A DNA stretch of 64,000 nucleotides from an uncultured Gammaproteobacteria bacterium (GTDB lineage: Bacteria; Pseudomonadota; Gammaproteobacteria; CAWCPV01), in contig CAWCPV010000003.1 of the NCBI GenBank assembly GCA_963797555.1, positions 192,001-256,000 of the forward strand, written 5' to 3'. Position 1 is the stretch's first letter. Each line of letters starts with the position of its first letter. Positions 43,397-52,951 of this stretch are shown in pieces. A program made the translations under genes and the position numbers. The notes beneath the pieces are model-generated. The model did not search any database. It worked only from the letters and a program-made list of their open reading frames with translations, and was not told the origin of the DNA.

Positions 43397-44124
43397 ATGG
43401 CGATCGATATCCCCGAGCCCCAGGTATCGACCTGGACTGCGATTTTTGGCCCCGTCGTCGAGCGTGTGATCGAGGCATCTAGCAACATCGCTTGCGCTCT
43501 GCGGAGCACCTTCCGACCCCTGAGCAGCTTGGAGCGGCTTTGGATGAGTTGTTGCCCGCGATGAGCACAGCGGAGGCAGCGGGAAATCCCGCAGTCGTGA
43601 ACCCCCTGGGAGACCGAGGTATCGAGCTGCTCATTGACCTCGCCCAATGGGCAGCCAGGCTTGGCCTCGTGGGTGCCGGCGGTGAGCTTCAACGACTGGC
43701 CGTGCCGGTGGCCCTCTGGGTCGGCAGACTCACCGGGGAGCTGCGTCTCTTGGAGCCGCTGGTCAACGCGGTGGCATCAATGGCCAACGCCCTTCACGAC
43801 CCGAGAGATCTGGAGGCGCTGAGTCGCCTGATCGACGAGATCATGCAGGCGGTGGCACAAGACATCAGAGCGGACGCAGACAAGACCAATCCGGCGCGGC
43901 CGTGGCGTGTGCTGAACCGGAATGCCGGGATCGTGGCAACCCGCTGCGGCAACCTCCAGGCTATGGAACGCGCCTTCGACACGCTCTGCGCTAACTTGCC
44001 CGAGGATGCGCCCAGGTTCTTCGCAGAAGGCATGGGGCAGATGGATGCCCTGGATTATCCGGCAGACGTCCGCGCGGTGGTCGAGCGCCATTACCGGCGC
44101 TGGTCTACGCGCAAGCTCCATTGA
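43397..44124 (+). CDS. Conserved hypothetical helical protein (frameshift near 43490)
   Basis: C-terminus PARPWRVLNRNAGIVATR...LPEDAPRFFAEGMGQMDALDYPADVRAVVERHYRRW; lies just upstream of yciB. Confidence 0.7.
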
Positions 44125-44137
44125 CTCGAGACCTCAT

Positions 44138-44689
44138 ATGAAACTGTTCTTCGACCTGTTTCCCGTAGCCGTATTTTTCCTCGTCTTCAAACTGTATGGG
44201 ATCTTCGCAGCGACTGCGGTCGCGATTGCGGCATCCTTCGCTCAGGTGGGTCTCCACTGGCTGAGACACAGGCGTTTCGAAACGCTCCATCTGGTAACGC
44301 TCGCCCTGATCGCGGTACTGGGAGGCGCCACGCTGGTGTTTCACGACGACACGTTCATCAAGTGGAAGCCCAGTGTAGTGAACTGGGTGTTCGCCGGGCT
44401 GTTCCTGGGCAGCCGTCTATGGAGCGGCAAGACTCTCGTCGAACGACTGATGGGTCAGGCCGTCAAGCTTCCCGCGGAAGTCTGGGAGCGGCTCAATATC
44501 GGCTGGGCGGCATTCTTTATCGCCGTCGGATTGGCCAACCTGTACGTGGCCTATCACTTCGACACCGACACCTGGGTAAACTTCAAGCTGTTCGGAATCA
44601 TGGGCCTGACGCTCGTATTCGCGGTCGCCCAAGCCTTTTATCTGGCCCGCTATATCAGTGCGGACCAAGGGTCCGGGGAGGAAACCTAG
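44138..44689 (+). CDS. yciB: Inner membrane-spanning protein YciB (septation protein A)
   Basis: MKLFFDLFPVAVFF...GGATLVFHDDTFIKWKPSVVNW...TWVNFKLFG. Confidence 0.95.
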   Translation: MKLFFDLFPVAVFFLVFKLYGIFAATAVAIAASFAQVGLHWLRHRRFETLHLVTLALIAVLGGATLVFHDDTFIKWKPSVVNWVFAGLFLGSRLWSGKTLVERLMGQAVKLPAEVWERLNIGWAAFFIAVGLANLYVAYHFDTDTWVNFKLFGIMGLTLVFAVAQAFYLARYISADQGSGEET

Positions 44690-44989
44690 GTGCTGTATGC
44701 CATCATGGGCCAGGACGGGCCGGACAGTCTGGAACGCCGCGCCTCTGTCAGGGCGGCTCATCTGACGCGACTCGAAGTGTTGCAGGCAGAGGGCCGCCTG
44801 GTGCTTGCAGGACCCCTTCCGGCCATCGACACCGAGGATCCGGGTCCAGCAGGCTTCAGCGGCAGCTTGGTGGTAGCGGAGTTCGACTCATTGGAAGACG
44901 CCGAGACGTGGACACGCGCGGACCCGTACGTCGAGGCTGGTGTCTACGCTAATGTGGTGGTCAGGCCCTTCAAGCGGGTGCTTCCCTGA
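44690..44989 (+). CDS. yciI: YciI-family protein
   Basis: RAAHLTRL...[31 protein letters not shown]...[10 protein letters not shown]. Confidence 0.93.
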   Translation: MLYAIMGQDGPDSLERRASVRAAHLTRLEVLQAEGRLVLAGPLPAIDTEDPGPAGFSGSLVVAEFDSLEDAETWTRADPYVEAGVYANVVVRPFKRVLP

Positions 44990-45267
44990 TGACCGACCGT
45001 AAGGCGATGATCGGCCAACGCCTGCGGGAGACGCTGGCCCCTCTGCAGCTCGAGATCACGGACCAGAGCCACCGCCACGCCGGCCACGCCGGAGCAAGGG
45101 GCGGCGGTGGTCATTTCGACCTGACTATCGTATCGTCGCGTTTTACCGGAAAGACGTTGCTGCAGCGCCACCGCATGATTTACGCTGCGCTGGGCGAAGC
45201 GATGCAGGGGGAGATTCATGCCCTCAGCATCAGGGCATTGGCGCCTGAGGAAACCACAGAGGAGTGA
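44989..45267 (+). CDS. bolA: BolA-family protein
   Basis: DQSHRHAGHAG...GHFDLTIVSSRFTGK..LQRHRMIYAAL...IHALSI. Confidence 0.93.
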   Translation: MTDRKAMIGQRLRETLAPLQLEITDQSHRHAGHAGARGGGGHFDLTIVSSRFTGKTLLQRHRMIYAALGEAMQGEIHALSIRALAPEETTEE

Positions 45268-45278
45268 GGCGATTGAAC

Positions 45279-46119
45279 ATGCATGACGTACGTAGACCGA
45301 TGCTCGGCAGCGGCTTCGCCGCAGTACTGTTGCTGGGCTGCCTGCAGGCGCCGCAAAGTGCCGCGGCCCAACGGCAGGCCACGGGGAAGGGGGCTGGAGC
45401 CGGGGACGTGGTCGCCGTAGTCAATGGCAAGCCGATTACTCAGGAGTTGCTGGACATCTACGCCGGCCTCCAGAAGAGTGCTCGGCCCGGCACTGGTCCG
45501 GATCGGCAGGCACTGGTCGAACATCTGGTGGATCTGGAGGTGCTGGCCCAGGACGCCGTGAGGCAGGGCCTTGAGAAGGACCCGTTGGTCAAGGCGCAGA
45601 TGGAGTTCCAGAGACTCAACATATTGGCCAGCGCGGCCCTGCGGAAGCAGCTCAATGCCCACACCTTCACCGACAGTGAACTCAAGGCGGAGTACGCACG
45701 ACTGGTCGCCGCGGCGCCCAAGAAGGAATACCGTGCTCGACACATCCTCACCAAGACCCAAGCCGAGGCAGAGGCCAGCATAGCCCAGCTCAATAAGGGT
45801 ACGGACTTCGCGAAGCTCGCCGAGCAGAAATCCACCGATGCGTCCGGCAAGAAAGGCGGCGAGTTGGGGTGGTTCACGACAAACCAGATGGCAGAGCCGT
45901 TTGCGAAGGCCGTAGAAGGTCTCTCCAAGGGCAGCTACACGAAGACGCCGGTGGAAACTCCGTTCGGCTGGCACGTGATCCAGCTGGAAGACGTTCCGGG
46001 ACGTCAAGTTGCCTTCATTTGACGCCGTACGCCATAACGTCGAGCAAGAACTGCAAGCGAAGCTGGCCAATGAGTACGTGGCGAAGATCAAGGCAAAGGC
46101 GAAGATAGAGATGCGTTAG
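45279..46119 (+). CDS. Parvulin (PpiC-type) peptidyl-prolyl isomerase, periplasmic; frameshift near the 3' end (~45995-46020)
   Basis: EYRARHIL, FAKLAEQKSTD, GGELGWF, PVETPFGWHVI; the shifted tail ends KIKAKAKIEMR. Confidence 0.9.
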
Positions 46120-46670
46120 TTAGCCCGGAACAATGCAGCAGACGGTCAAACGTCTGCGTGGGCGCGCTCAGAGCACGGCGCAGGATCTCTGCACGGGGGC
46201 CTGGTCCGTTTGATGCTCACGGAACCGGGTCGGCAGTGTGCCGACCCGTCGCCCTTCGGGGGTTTGTCCGCTCGCATGACCAAGGGTCGTATGACGCTTT
46301 TGTCCTGATGACGAGAGGCTGGAGGTCCAATTCCACGTTCGGAGGGCGACGTTTCGCTTGATTCGCGCCCGGCATCCTCTGCGTGACTGAGCTGGCGCCG
46401 TTCTGCAGGGTGAGGCACCGACGCACGAAGAGCCTGTTCGGCATGCGCGGCATGGTGGGCATGCGGTCGCGGGCCCCGCGGGCGCCAACGCGCGGGGCCC
46501 GCGCGCTCGGGGTACCTCCAATGCCTTGAACGGCTCGGACCGTTTCGTACTTTCCCGGGACGTGCGCCGCGTATGTCCTGAAACCGCGGGACACGGCTAC
46601 AGAATGCCGAGCCAGTGGCTAGACCGGAAACCATGGTCCAAGCGTTACCGATCACCGACGGTACATCCTG

Positions 46671-49643
46671 ATGCTGCGTACGCTGTTCCGCCCGAGGTGG
46701 CGTCACCCTGATCCTCAAGTACGACGATCCGCGGTTGCAACGCTGGACCCTTCTGACGGGCCGTCGGCGGAGATTCTGGCCGACCTTGCGCGATCGGACC
46801 AGAACACTGATGTTCGGTGCGAAGCCGTCAACCGCTTGCAGGACCTCGCCGTGCTCGCGGAACTCGCCTTCGACGAAGCAGATAGCACTGTCCGAGAGGC
46901 GGCTAGGCGACGGTACTGCGATTGCCTGGCGGGCGTCGGGGAGCGGCCCGCACCCCTCGATCAGCGTCTGGCCGCCGTGACCGGCTGCACGCACCCTGAC
47001 GTTCTCGCCCAAATCGCCAGCCACGGCCGCGAGGCGGAGGTGCGGATCGCCGCCTTGACCCGCATCGAGGACGAATCCCTATGCGCCGAGATCGCGATCC
47101 GAGACCCGGTTGCACAGGTCCGACGGGCGGCGCTGGACAAAGTCACCGCCCGCGCCACGCTCGATCGGGTGGCGAAGGAGACGCGCCAACGGGACAAAGG
47201 TATCAGCCGCTTGGCCCGGGAGCGGTCGGCAGTACTGGACGCTGAGGCGCGAGTCGCCGCGAAGCTGCGCGCGGAATGCGAGAGCATCTGCCATGAGATG
47301 GAGATCTTGCTGCCGATTCAGGACCCCACTCGGCTCAAGGACGGCCTGGCCAAGCTGGAGATGCGCTGGCGAAGGCTGGCGAGCAGTCCCCCGCAAGATC
47401 TGGCCACGCGATACGGGCAGGCACACGGCAGCGCGCTGCAGTCTTTGGAGAATCTACGCATTGCTGCGGCCTCGGAACAAGCCTCCGAAGATGGTGCAAC
47501 ACAGGAACTGCGCAGCCAGAAGATCAACCTCTGTGAGAACGTCGAGAACCTACTGCACGAGCTCGAGCGGTGCGAGGCCTTGGAGCCCGAGACCGAGAGG
47601 CGAGTAATCGCGGCCTTGGATGTCACGCAGAGAGGCTGGGGCGAGATTCAGCCGCTCCCTGGGCCGGAGGAGAAGCAGTTCCAGGCGCACTTCACGCAAG
47701 CGGGTGACGCCGTCCGCGCCAGGTTGGCAACGCTGCTAAGGGAACGGGGGCTGCGGAACGCCGTGGCGGATCTGTTCGCAAAGGCGCAGGCTCTGCTAAT
47801 CCGTTCCGGCCACATTGACGAACCTACCGTCCAGGATCTGGCCCGTCAGCGCGCCGCGCTGGAACCGCTGTCCCCCGATGCCGGCGACCTAGGCCGGCGT
47901 TTCCAGGACCTCCTGGACCAACTGTCTGCTCGGCTCCGCCAGGAACGGGAGGATCGGGCGCAGGCTTTGGCAAGCCTGGAAGACCGCGTAAAGCGACTGG
48001 AACAGGCAGTGGAGGCCGGAGAGCTGGCCGCGGCCGAGACGTTGGTGGCCGAGCTGGAGGCGGCTCCACAGGGTGGAAGGATGCTGCCGAGTCATCGTGT
48101 CAAGGCGTTGCACGAACGCCTGCGAAAGGCCAGGGAGCGGGCCCGCGATCTCGCAGCCTGGCGGGGATGGGCCGGCACCCTGGAACGAGAGAGGCTTTGC
48201 GACGAGGTCGAGGGGCTGATCGGGAGAAGCGCCGATGCACCGGAGATCGCCGCCCGAATTAAAGAGCTACGGGGCACGTGGAACCACCTGGGACCGCTGC
48301 AGTCGGCACGTGATCACACCCTGTCGAGGCGTTTCAACCGTGCGTGCGAGCAAGCGTATGTCCCCTGCCGTGCTTACTTCCGGGCTCAGGCCGAAGAGCG
48401 CGCCGCCAATCTGGCCGCACGGCAAGAGCTGTGCACCGGTCTGGAGCAGTTACTCACTACGACCGATTGGGAAGCCCAGGTCGACTGGGCCGCCACCGAG
48501 CGCCTTGCCCGAGACGCCCGGACGCGGTGGACAGCCATCGGGCCGGTGGACCGCAAGGAGGTGCGCACCGTCCAGGAGCGCTTCGAGGCTGCCATGGCTA
48601 TGCTGGCAAAGCATCTGCGGGCCGAGAGGGAACGCAACTTCGACGCCAAGCTCGAGATCGTTCGGATGGCCGAAGGCCTTGCGGAGCAAGGTAACGTGCG
48701 CGAGGCCACGAGACAGATTCCGGCGCTGCGCCAACGCTGGCAGCAAGTGGGACCGACCTCCGCGCCCAAAGAGCGGGCGCTGCGGCGTCGCTTCGAGGCA
48801 GCTTGCGGAGCGGTCGCCGAGCGCAGGCGCCAGCAAGTGGAAACACTGCGCCGCGAACGGGCCGTCAACGAGGAGCGCAAGGAAGCGCTCTGCCAGCGCC
48901 TAGAGGCCATGGCCGCGTTGGACGGCCCGGAGCTGGAATCTGCGGCGAGGTCTGTCGCGCGCCTCAGGGAGGAATGGCAAGCCGTCGGGTCGGTGCCGAG
49001 AGAGGTGGCGGAGGGTCTGGAGAGGCGCTTCCGTGAGGGGTTGACCCAAGTACAGGAGCGCTGCCGGGCACGGCACTGGCAGGTGCGTGAAGAACGGCTC
49101 CAAAACCTTGCACGCAAGGCCGAGCTCTGCGCTGGCCTGGAGGAGCTTTGGGTGGACGCACCACGTGACCTGTCAGCCGAACGCGTAGAAGCGGCGCACC
49201 AGGAGTGGGCGGCGCTCCCCGCCCTCGATCCCGATCTCGAACGCGCCATCGGCGACCGGTTCGCCAGGGCCTGCGCCCTGGCGCTCGATGCGCAGGCCGG
49301 CGGCGCAGTGGAGCTGGAGCAGGAACGACGCACCGACCTCGCAGCCAAGGAAACCCTGTGCGTCCGCATGGAGATCCTGGCGGGCGTCGAGTCTCCGCCC
49401 GGAGCTGTGGAGGCCCGCCTTCGTTACCAGCTGGAACGTCTCGCCCAGGAGATGGGACGCGGGGGCACTCAGAGCGCGAGTCTGGATGCGTTGGAAGAAG
49501 TCTGGCAGCTGGAACGCGCGTGGTATCTTGCGGGCCCCCTGCCATTGGGGACGGAGGCCGGTCTGGAACAGCGCTTTCAGTATGCTCGCCGCGTCTTCTA
49601 CGAAGGGGCCGGAATCACCGCAATCGCCCCCGCTCTCGCCTGA
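46671..49643 (+). CDS. DUF349-domain coiled-coil protein
   Basis: FRPRWRHPDPQVRRSAV N-terminus; repeated L...W..IGP......L..RF..AC helical units; LCVRMEILAGVESP. Confidence 0.85.
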   Translation: MLRTLFRPRWRHPDPQVRRSAVATLDPSDGPSAEILADLARSDQNTDVRCEAVNRLQDLAVLAELAFDEADSTVREAARRRYCDCLAGVGERPAPLDQRLAAVTGCTHPDVLAQIASHGREAEVRIAALTRIEDESLCAEIAIRDPVAQVRRAALDKVTARATLDRVAKETRQRDKGISRLARERSAVLDAEARVAAKLRAECESICHEMEILLPIQDPTRLKDGLAKLEMRWRRLASSPPQDLATRYGQAHGSALQSLENLRIAAASEQASEDGATQELRSQKINLCENVENLLHELERCEALEPETERRVIAALDVTQRGWGEIQPLPGPEEKQFQAHFTQAGDAVRARLATLLRERGLRNAVADLFAKAQALLIRSGHIDEPTVQDLARQRAALEPLSPDAGDLGRRFQDLLDQLSARLRQEREDRAQALASLEDRVKRLEQAVEAGELAAAETLVAELEAAPQGGRMLPSHRVKALHERLRKARERARDLAAWRGWAGTLERERLCDEVEGLIGRSADAPEIAARIKELRGTWNHLGPLQSARDHTLSRRFNRACEQAYVPCRAYFRAQAEERAANLAARQELCTGLEQLLTTTDWEAQVDWAATERLARDARTRWTAIGPVDRKEVRTVQERFEAAMAMLAKHLRAERERNFDAKLEIVRMAEGLAEQGNVREATRQIPALRQRWQQVGPTSAPKERALRRRFEAACGAVAERRRQQVETLRRERAVNEERKEALCQRLEAMAALDGPELESAARSVARLREEWQAVGSVPREVAEGLERRFREGLTQVQERCRARHWQVREERLQNLARKAELCAGLEELWVDAPRDLSAERVEAAHQEWAALPALDPDLERAIGDRFARACALALDAQAGGAVELEQERRTDLAAKETLCVRMEILAGVESPPGAVEARLRYQLERLAQEMGRGGTQSASLDALEEVWQLERAWYLAGPLPLGTEAGLEQRFQYARRVFYEGAGITAIAPALA

Positions 49644-49660
49644 AGTGCCAGGCTCGGACC

Positions 49661-50024
49661 GAGAGCTTGCGAATAAATCTGCTGCACGTCCCGACAGCGG
49701 CGTTGCGCGTTGCCTATAGCGTACCTCCCTGTACGCCAACCCCTGTGGGGCGTCCTACGGACGTGCCGAATGACTGTCCTGCCGTTCGGTCGTTCCTCGC
49801 CCATCTGCTTGATCCTAAAAACGGCAGTTGGAATGTATGTATCTGATTTATCAAGAACTGTTCCAACTGCTCCGCATTTAGCGTCTTCGCGCCGGAAGCC
49901 GCGCCACATAAGGCTTTCAGCTCAATTTCGAAGGGCAACTGCGTTTTTTAGGTTGATATGTCGTGTCGCTGCGCTGCGTGCGCCTTGCTCTCGCACCGCT
50001 CACGACGATTTCTTCACGATCTCT
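49661..50024. mobile_element. MITE-like intergenic repeat (copy 1) hosting a nested MITE
   Basis: Imperfect TIRs AGAGCTTGCGAATAAATC / GATTTCTTCACGATCTCT; colinear with 59499-59729. Confidence 0.7.
49814..49952. mobile_element. 139-bp MITE with 5-bp TSD (IS1380-like CC...GG ends)
   Basis: TIRs CCTAAAAACGGCAGTTG / CAACTGCGTTTTTTAGG; TTGAT duplicated at 49809-49813 and 49953-49957. Confidence 0.82.
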
Positions 50025-50027
50025 GGG

Positions 50028-51461
50028 TCAAGCGTTGACGCGGTGGATGGCCCGTCGGTCCACGGCCAGGGCGGCCTCGCGTAAGGCTTCGGCGAGTGTG
50101 GGATGGGCGTGGATGGTGCGGGCCAGGTCTTCGCTGCTGGCACCGAAGGTCATGGCCAGCACGGCCTCGGCGATAAGCTCGGATGCCTGGTTGCCGATGA
50201 CGTGCACGCCCAGCACGCGGTCGGTCGCGGCGTCGGCCAATATCTTCACCATACCCACCGGATCGTCCATGGCACGCGCCCGGCCACAGGCCGCAAAGGG
50301 AAATACGCCCGCACCATACGGCTCACCAGCGCCCTTTAGTGCCTGCTCGGTATGGCCGACCCAGGCGATCTCCGGACTGGTATAGATAACCGAGGGCACC
50401 GTGTCGTAATCGAGCTGTGCCTGGCGTCCGGCAATCAGCTCCGCCACCATCATTCCCTGCTCGGACCCCTTGTGGGCCAGCATAGGGCCTCCCACAACGT
50501 CGCCGACCGCATAGACGCCCGGCAGATTGGTGCGGCAGTGCTCGTTGACGTGGATGAACCCCTTCTCGTCCAACAGCAGCCCCGATTCCGGGGCGAACAG
50601 GCCGTCCGTATAAGGGCGCCTGCCCACCGCCACGACCAGACGATCGACCTGTAGTCGCTGCGGGCCGCCCTGCCCCTGGTACTCGACCACAACGTGTTTC
50701 TGAGTCTTGCGGGTGGCTACGACCCGCGCCCCCAGTTGAATATCCAGGCCCTGACGAGTGAATTGGCGGAACGCCTCGCGCGAGATCTGGGCATCGATCA
50801 TTGGCAAGAAAGTGTCCTGCGCCTCGAGCAGAACGACCTGGGCGCCGACGCGCTGCCAGACGCTGCCAAGCTCCAAACCGATCACTCCAGCCCCGATGAT
50901 ACCCAGCTTCCTGGGAACTTCATCGAACTCCAAGGCCCCGGCCGAGTCGACCACCCATTCTCCGTCCGCGGGTGCCGCCCCCATCTCTATCGGTCTCGAA
51001 CCACTCGCCAGGATGACCTGCTCCGGCTCGAGGACAACGGGCCGTTCCCCGGGGCTATGGGGTGTCACCTGTACCCGCTTGCCGTCCAGCAGCCTTCCAC
51101 GTCCCGGCAGCCAGACAATGGCATTCGCTTGGAACAGGGTCTGAATGCCGCTGGTCATGCCCTTGACGATGCGATCCTTGCGGGCAATCATCGCCGAAAC
51201 GTCTATGGTAGCGCCCTGCACACGGATTCCGTGCTCGGAGAAGCCGTGGAGCAAGCGGTAGTAATTCTCCGACGAGTCGAGCAGCGCCTTCGAAGGAATG
51301 CACCCTGCATTGAGGCAGGTACCCCCGAGACTCGGCGTCCCATGCTTGTCCACCCAGTCGTCCACACATGCGGTGCGCAACCCGAGCTGAGCGCAGCGGA
51401 TCGCAGCGACGTAACCGGCGGGTCCAGCACCGATCACTACCACATCGTATGTTTCTGCCAT
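50028..51461 (-). CDS. lpdA: Dihydrolipoyl dehydrogenase (E3)
   Basis: VIGAGPAGYVAAIR, GGTCLNAGCIPSK redox disulfide, GAGVIGLELG, HAHPTLAE. Confidence 0.97.
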   Translation of the reverse strand: MAETYDVVVIGAGPAGYVAAIRCAQLGLRTACVDDWVDKHGTPSLGGTCLNAGCIPSKALLDSSENYYRLLHGFSEHGIRVQGATIDVSAMIARKDRIVKGMTSGIQTLFQANAIVWLPGRGRLLDGKRVQVTPHSPGERPVVLEPEQVILASGSRPIEMGAAPADGEWVVDSAGALEFDEVPRKLGIIGAGVIGLELGSVWQRVGAQVVLLEAQDTFLPMIDAQISREAFRQFTRQGLDIQLGARVVATRKTQKHVVVEYQGQGGPQRLQVDRLVVAVGRRPYTDGLFAPESGLLLDEKGFIHVNEHCRTNLPGVYAVGDVVGGPMLAHKGSEQGMMVAELIAGRQAQLDYDTVPSVIYTSPEIAWVGHTEQALKGAGEPYGAGVFPFAACGRARAMDDPVGMVKILADAATDRVLGVHVIGNQASELIAEAVLAMTFGASSEDLARTIHAHPTLAEALREAALAVDRRAIHRVNA

Positions 51462-51518
51462 AAGCTTCCCGAGCCCTTGCTGCAATCGCTCTAACGACTC
51501 GGAGTGACGCGCGAGCGC

Positions 51519-52835
51519 TCAGACCTCCAGTAGCAGCCGCACCGGGTCCTCCAAGAGATCCTTGACCGTCACCAAAAAGCGCACTGCGTCGCGCCCATCG
51601 ACGATGCGGTGGTCATAGGACAGGGCCACGTACATCATGGGCCGCACCCGAATGTCGCCCTGCAGGACCACCGGTCGATCCTCGATCTTGTGCATTCCAA
51701 CGATCGCACTCTGCGGCGGGTTCAGTATGGGCGTCGACAGCAGCGACCCAAAGACCCCCCCGTTCGAGATGGTGAAGGTCCCGCCCGTCAGGTCTTCGAT
51801 GGTCAAGGTCCCCTCGCGCGCCCGTTGGGCGAAGGCCGCGATGTCGGACTCGATGGAAGCGAAGGTCAGCCGGTCAGCATCCCGCAGCACCGGCACCACC
51901 AGACCGCGCTCGGAGTCCACCGCGATGCCGATGTCATAGTAGTCATGGTAGAGAATGTCGCTTCCATCCACCGAGGCGTTCACCACGGGAAATCGCCTGA
52001 GCGCCTCCACGCAGGCTTTCACGAAAAAGCCCATGAGGCCAAGCTTAACCCCATGGCGCCGCTCGAACTCCTCCCGGTGCAGTCGGCGCAGCTCGGTCAC
52101 CGCCTGCATATCGATCTCGTTGATGGTGGTGAGGATCGCCGCGTTCTGCTGGGCTTGCACCAAGCGCTCCGCGATTCGGGCGCGCAGACGCGTCATCGGG
52201 ACCCGCCTCGTCGGCCGCTCCGCCGGAACCGGCGGCGCCTGGCCCGGCGCGCGCTGCACAGCTCCGCCCGGAACGACGACGGACTCCTCCTCGCCAGGCG
52301 CACCCTGCTCCTGGCGACGCTGCAGATACCTCAGAATGTCCTCCTTGGTGAGCCGACCGCCGCGTCCGCTGGCCGGGATATCTCGCGCCTCGAGCTGATG
52401 CTCCGCCAGCAGGCGCCGGACCGAGGGCGGCAAGGGCGGGGCGGCCTTCGTTTCTGCAGCCGCCGGAGCCGGCACCGTCCTCGGCGCGCGACCTCCCCCG
52501 CCGGCCTCCGCGACCTGCACCGCCGGTTCCTCCTCCTCAACGTCGGCCCCGGGATGATCTGCACCGCCGGATGTCCGCAGAGTCTCGCTGTGCGTTTCCT
52601 CGGTGTCGATGAGGGCAATCAGCTCTTCGCCTGTCACCTTCTCACCGTCCTGCCTCAGCACCTGCCGCAGCACACCCGAACGGGGAGCGGACACCTCCAG
52701 GACGACTTTGTCGGTCTCGAGATCGACCAAAGTCTCATCGCGCTGCACGCTGTCTCCCGCCTTCTTGTGCCAGGCCACCAGCGTAGCGTCCGACACCGAC
52801 TCCGGGAGCGGGGGGACGCGTACTTCTATGGGCAT
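51519..52835 (-). CDS. sucB: 2-oxoglutarate dehydrogenase E2, dihydrolipoyl succinyltransferase
   Basis: Lipoyl domain [11 protein letters not shown]3-binding domain [10 protein letters not shown], catalytic SYDHRIVDG. Confidence 0.97.
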   Translation of the reverse strand: MPIEVRVPPLPESVSDATLVAWHKKAGDSVQRDETLVDLETDKVVLEVSAPRSGVLRQVLRQDGEKVTGEELIALIDTEETHSETLRTSGGADHPGADVEEEEPAVQVAEAGGGGRAPRTVPAPAAAETKAAPPLPPSVRRLLAEHQLEARDIPASGRGGRLTKEDILRYLQRRQEQGAPGEEESVVVPGGAVQRAPGQAPPVPAERPTRRVPMTRLRARIAERLVQAQQNAAILTTINEIDMQAVTELRRLHREEFERRHGVKLGLMGFFVKACVEALRRFPVVNASVDGSDILYHDYYDIGIAVDSERGLVVPVLRDADRLTFASIESDIAAFAQRAREGTLTIEDLTGGTFTISNGGVFGSLLSTPILNPPQSAIVGMHKIEDRPVVLQGDIRVRPMMYVALSYDHRIVDGRDAVRFLVTVKDLLEDPVRLLLEV

Positions 52836-52951
52836 AGCATCAGCCTCCTCGGGGACCACGAATCCATTTGCACTCACACGCTCATCCGACCGCTGCGATG
52901 TCCATGGGGGACGCGCCGCCGCCCGCTCCGCCTCGTGAGCCACGCCGGCAG

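Noticed and set aside
46300-46360. CTGATGA suggesting a hammerhead ribozyme core
   Set aside because: No correctly placed GAAA or stem II/III pairing found
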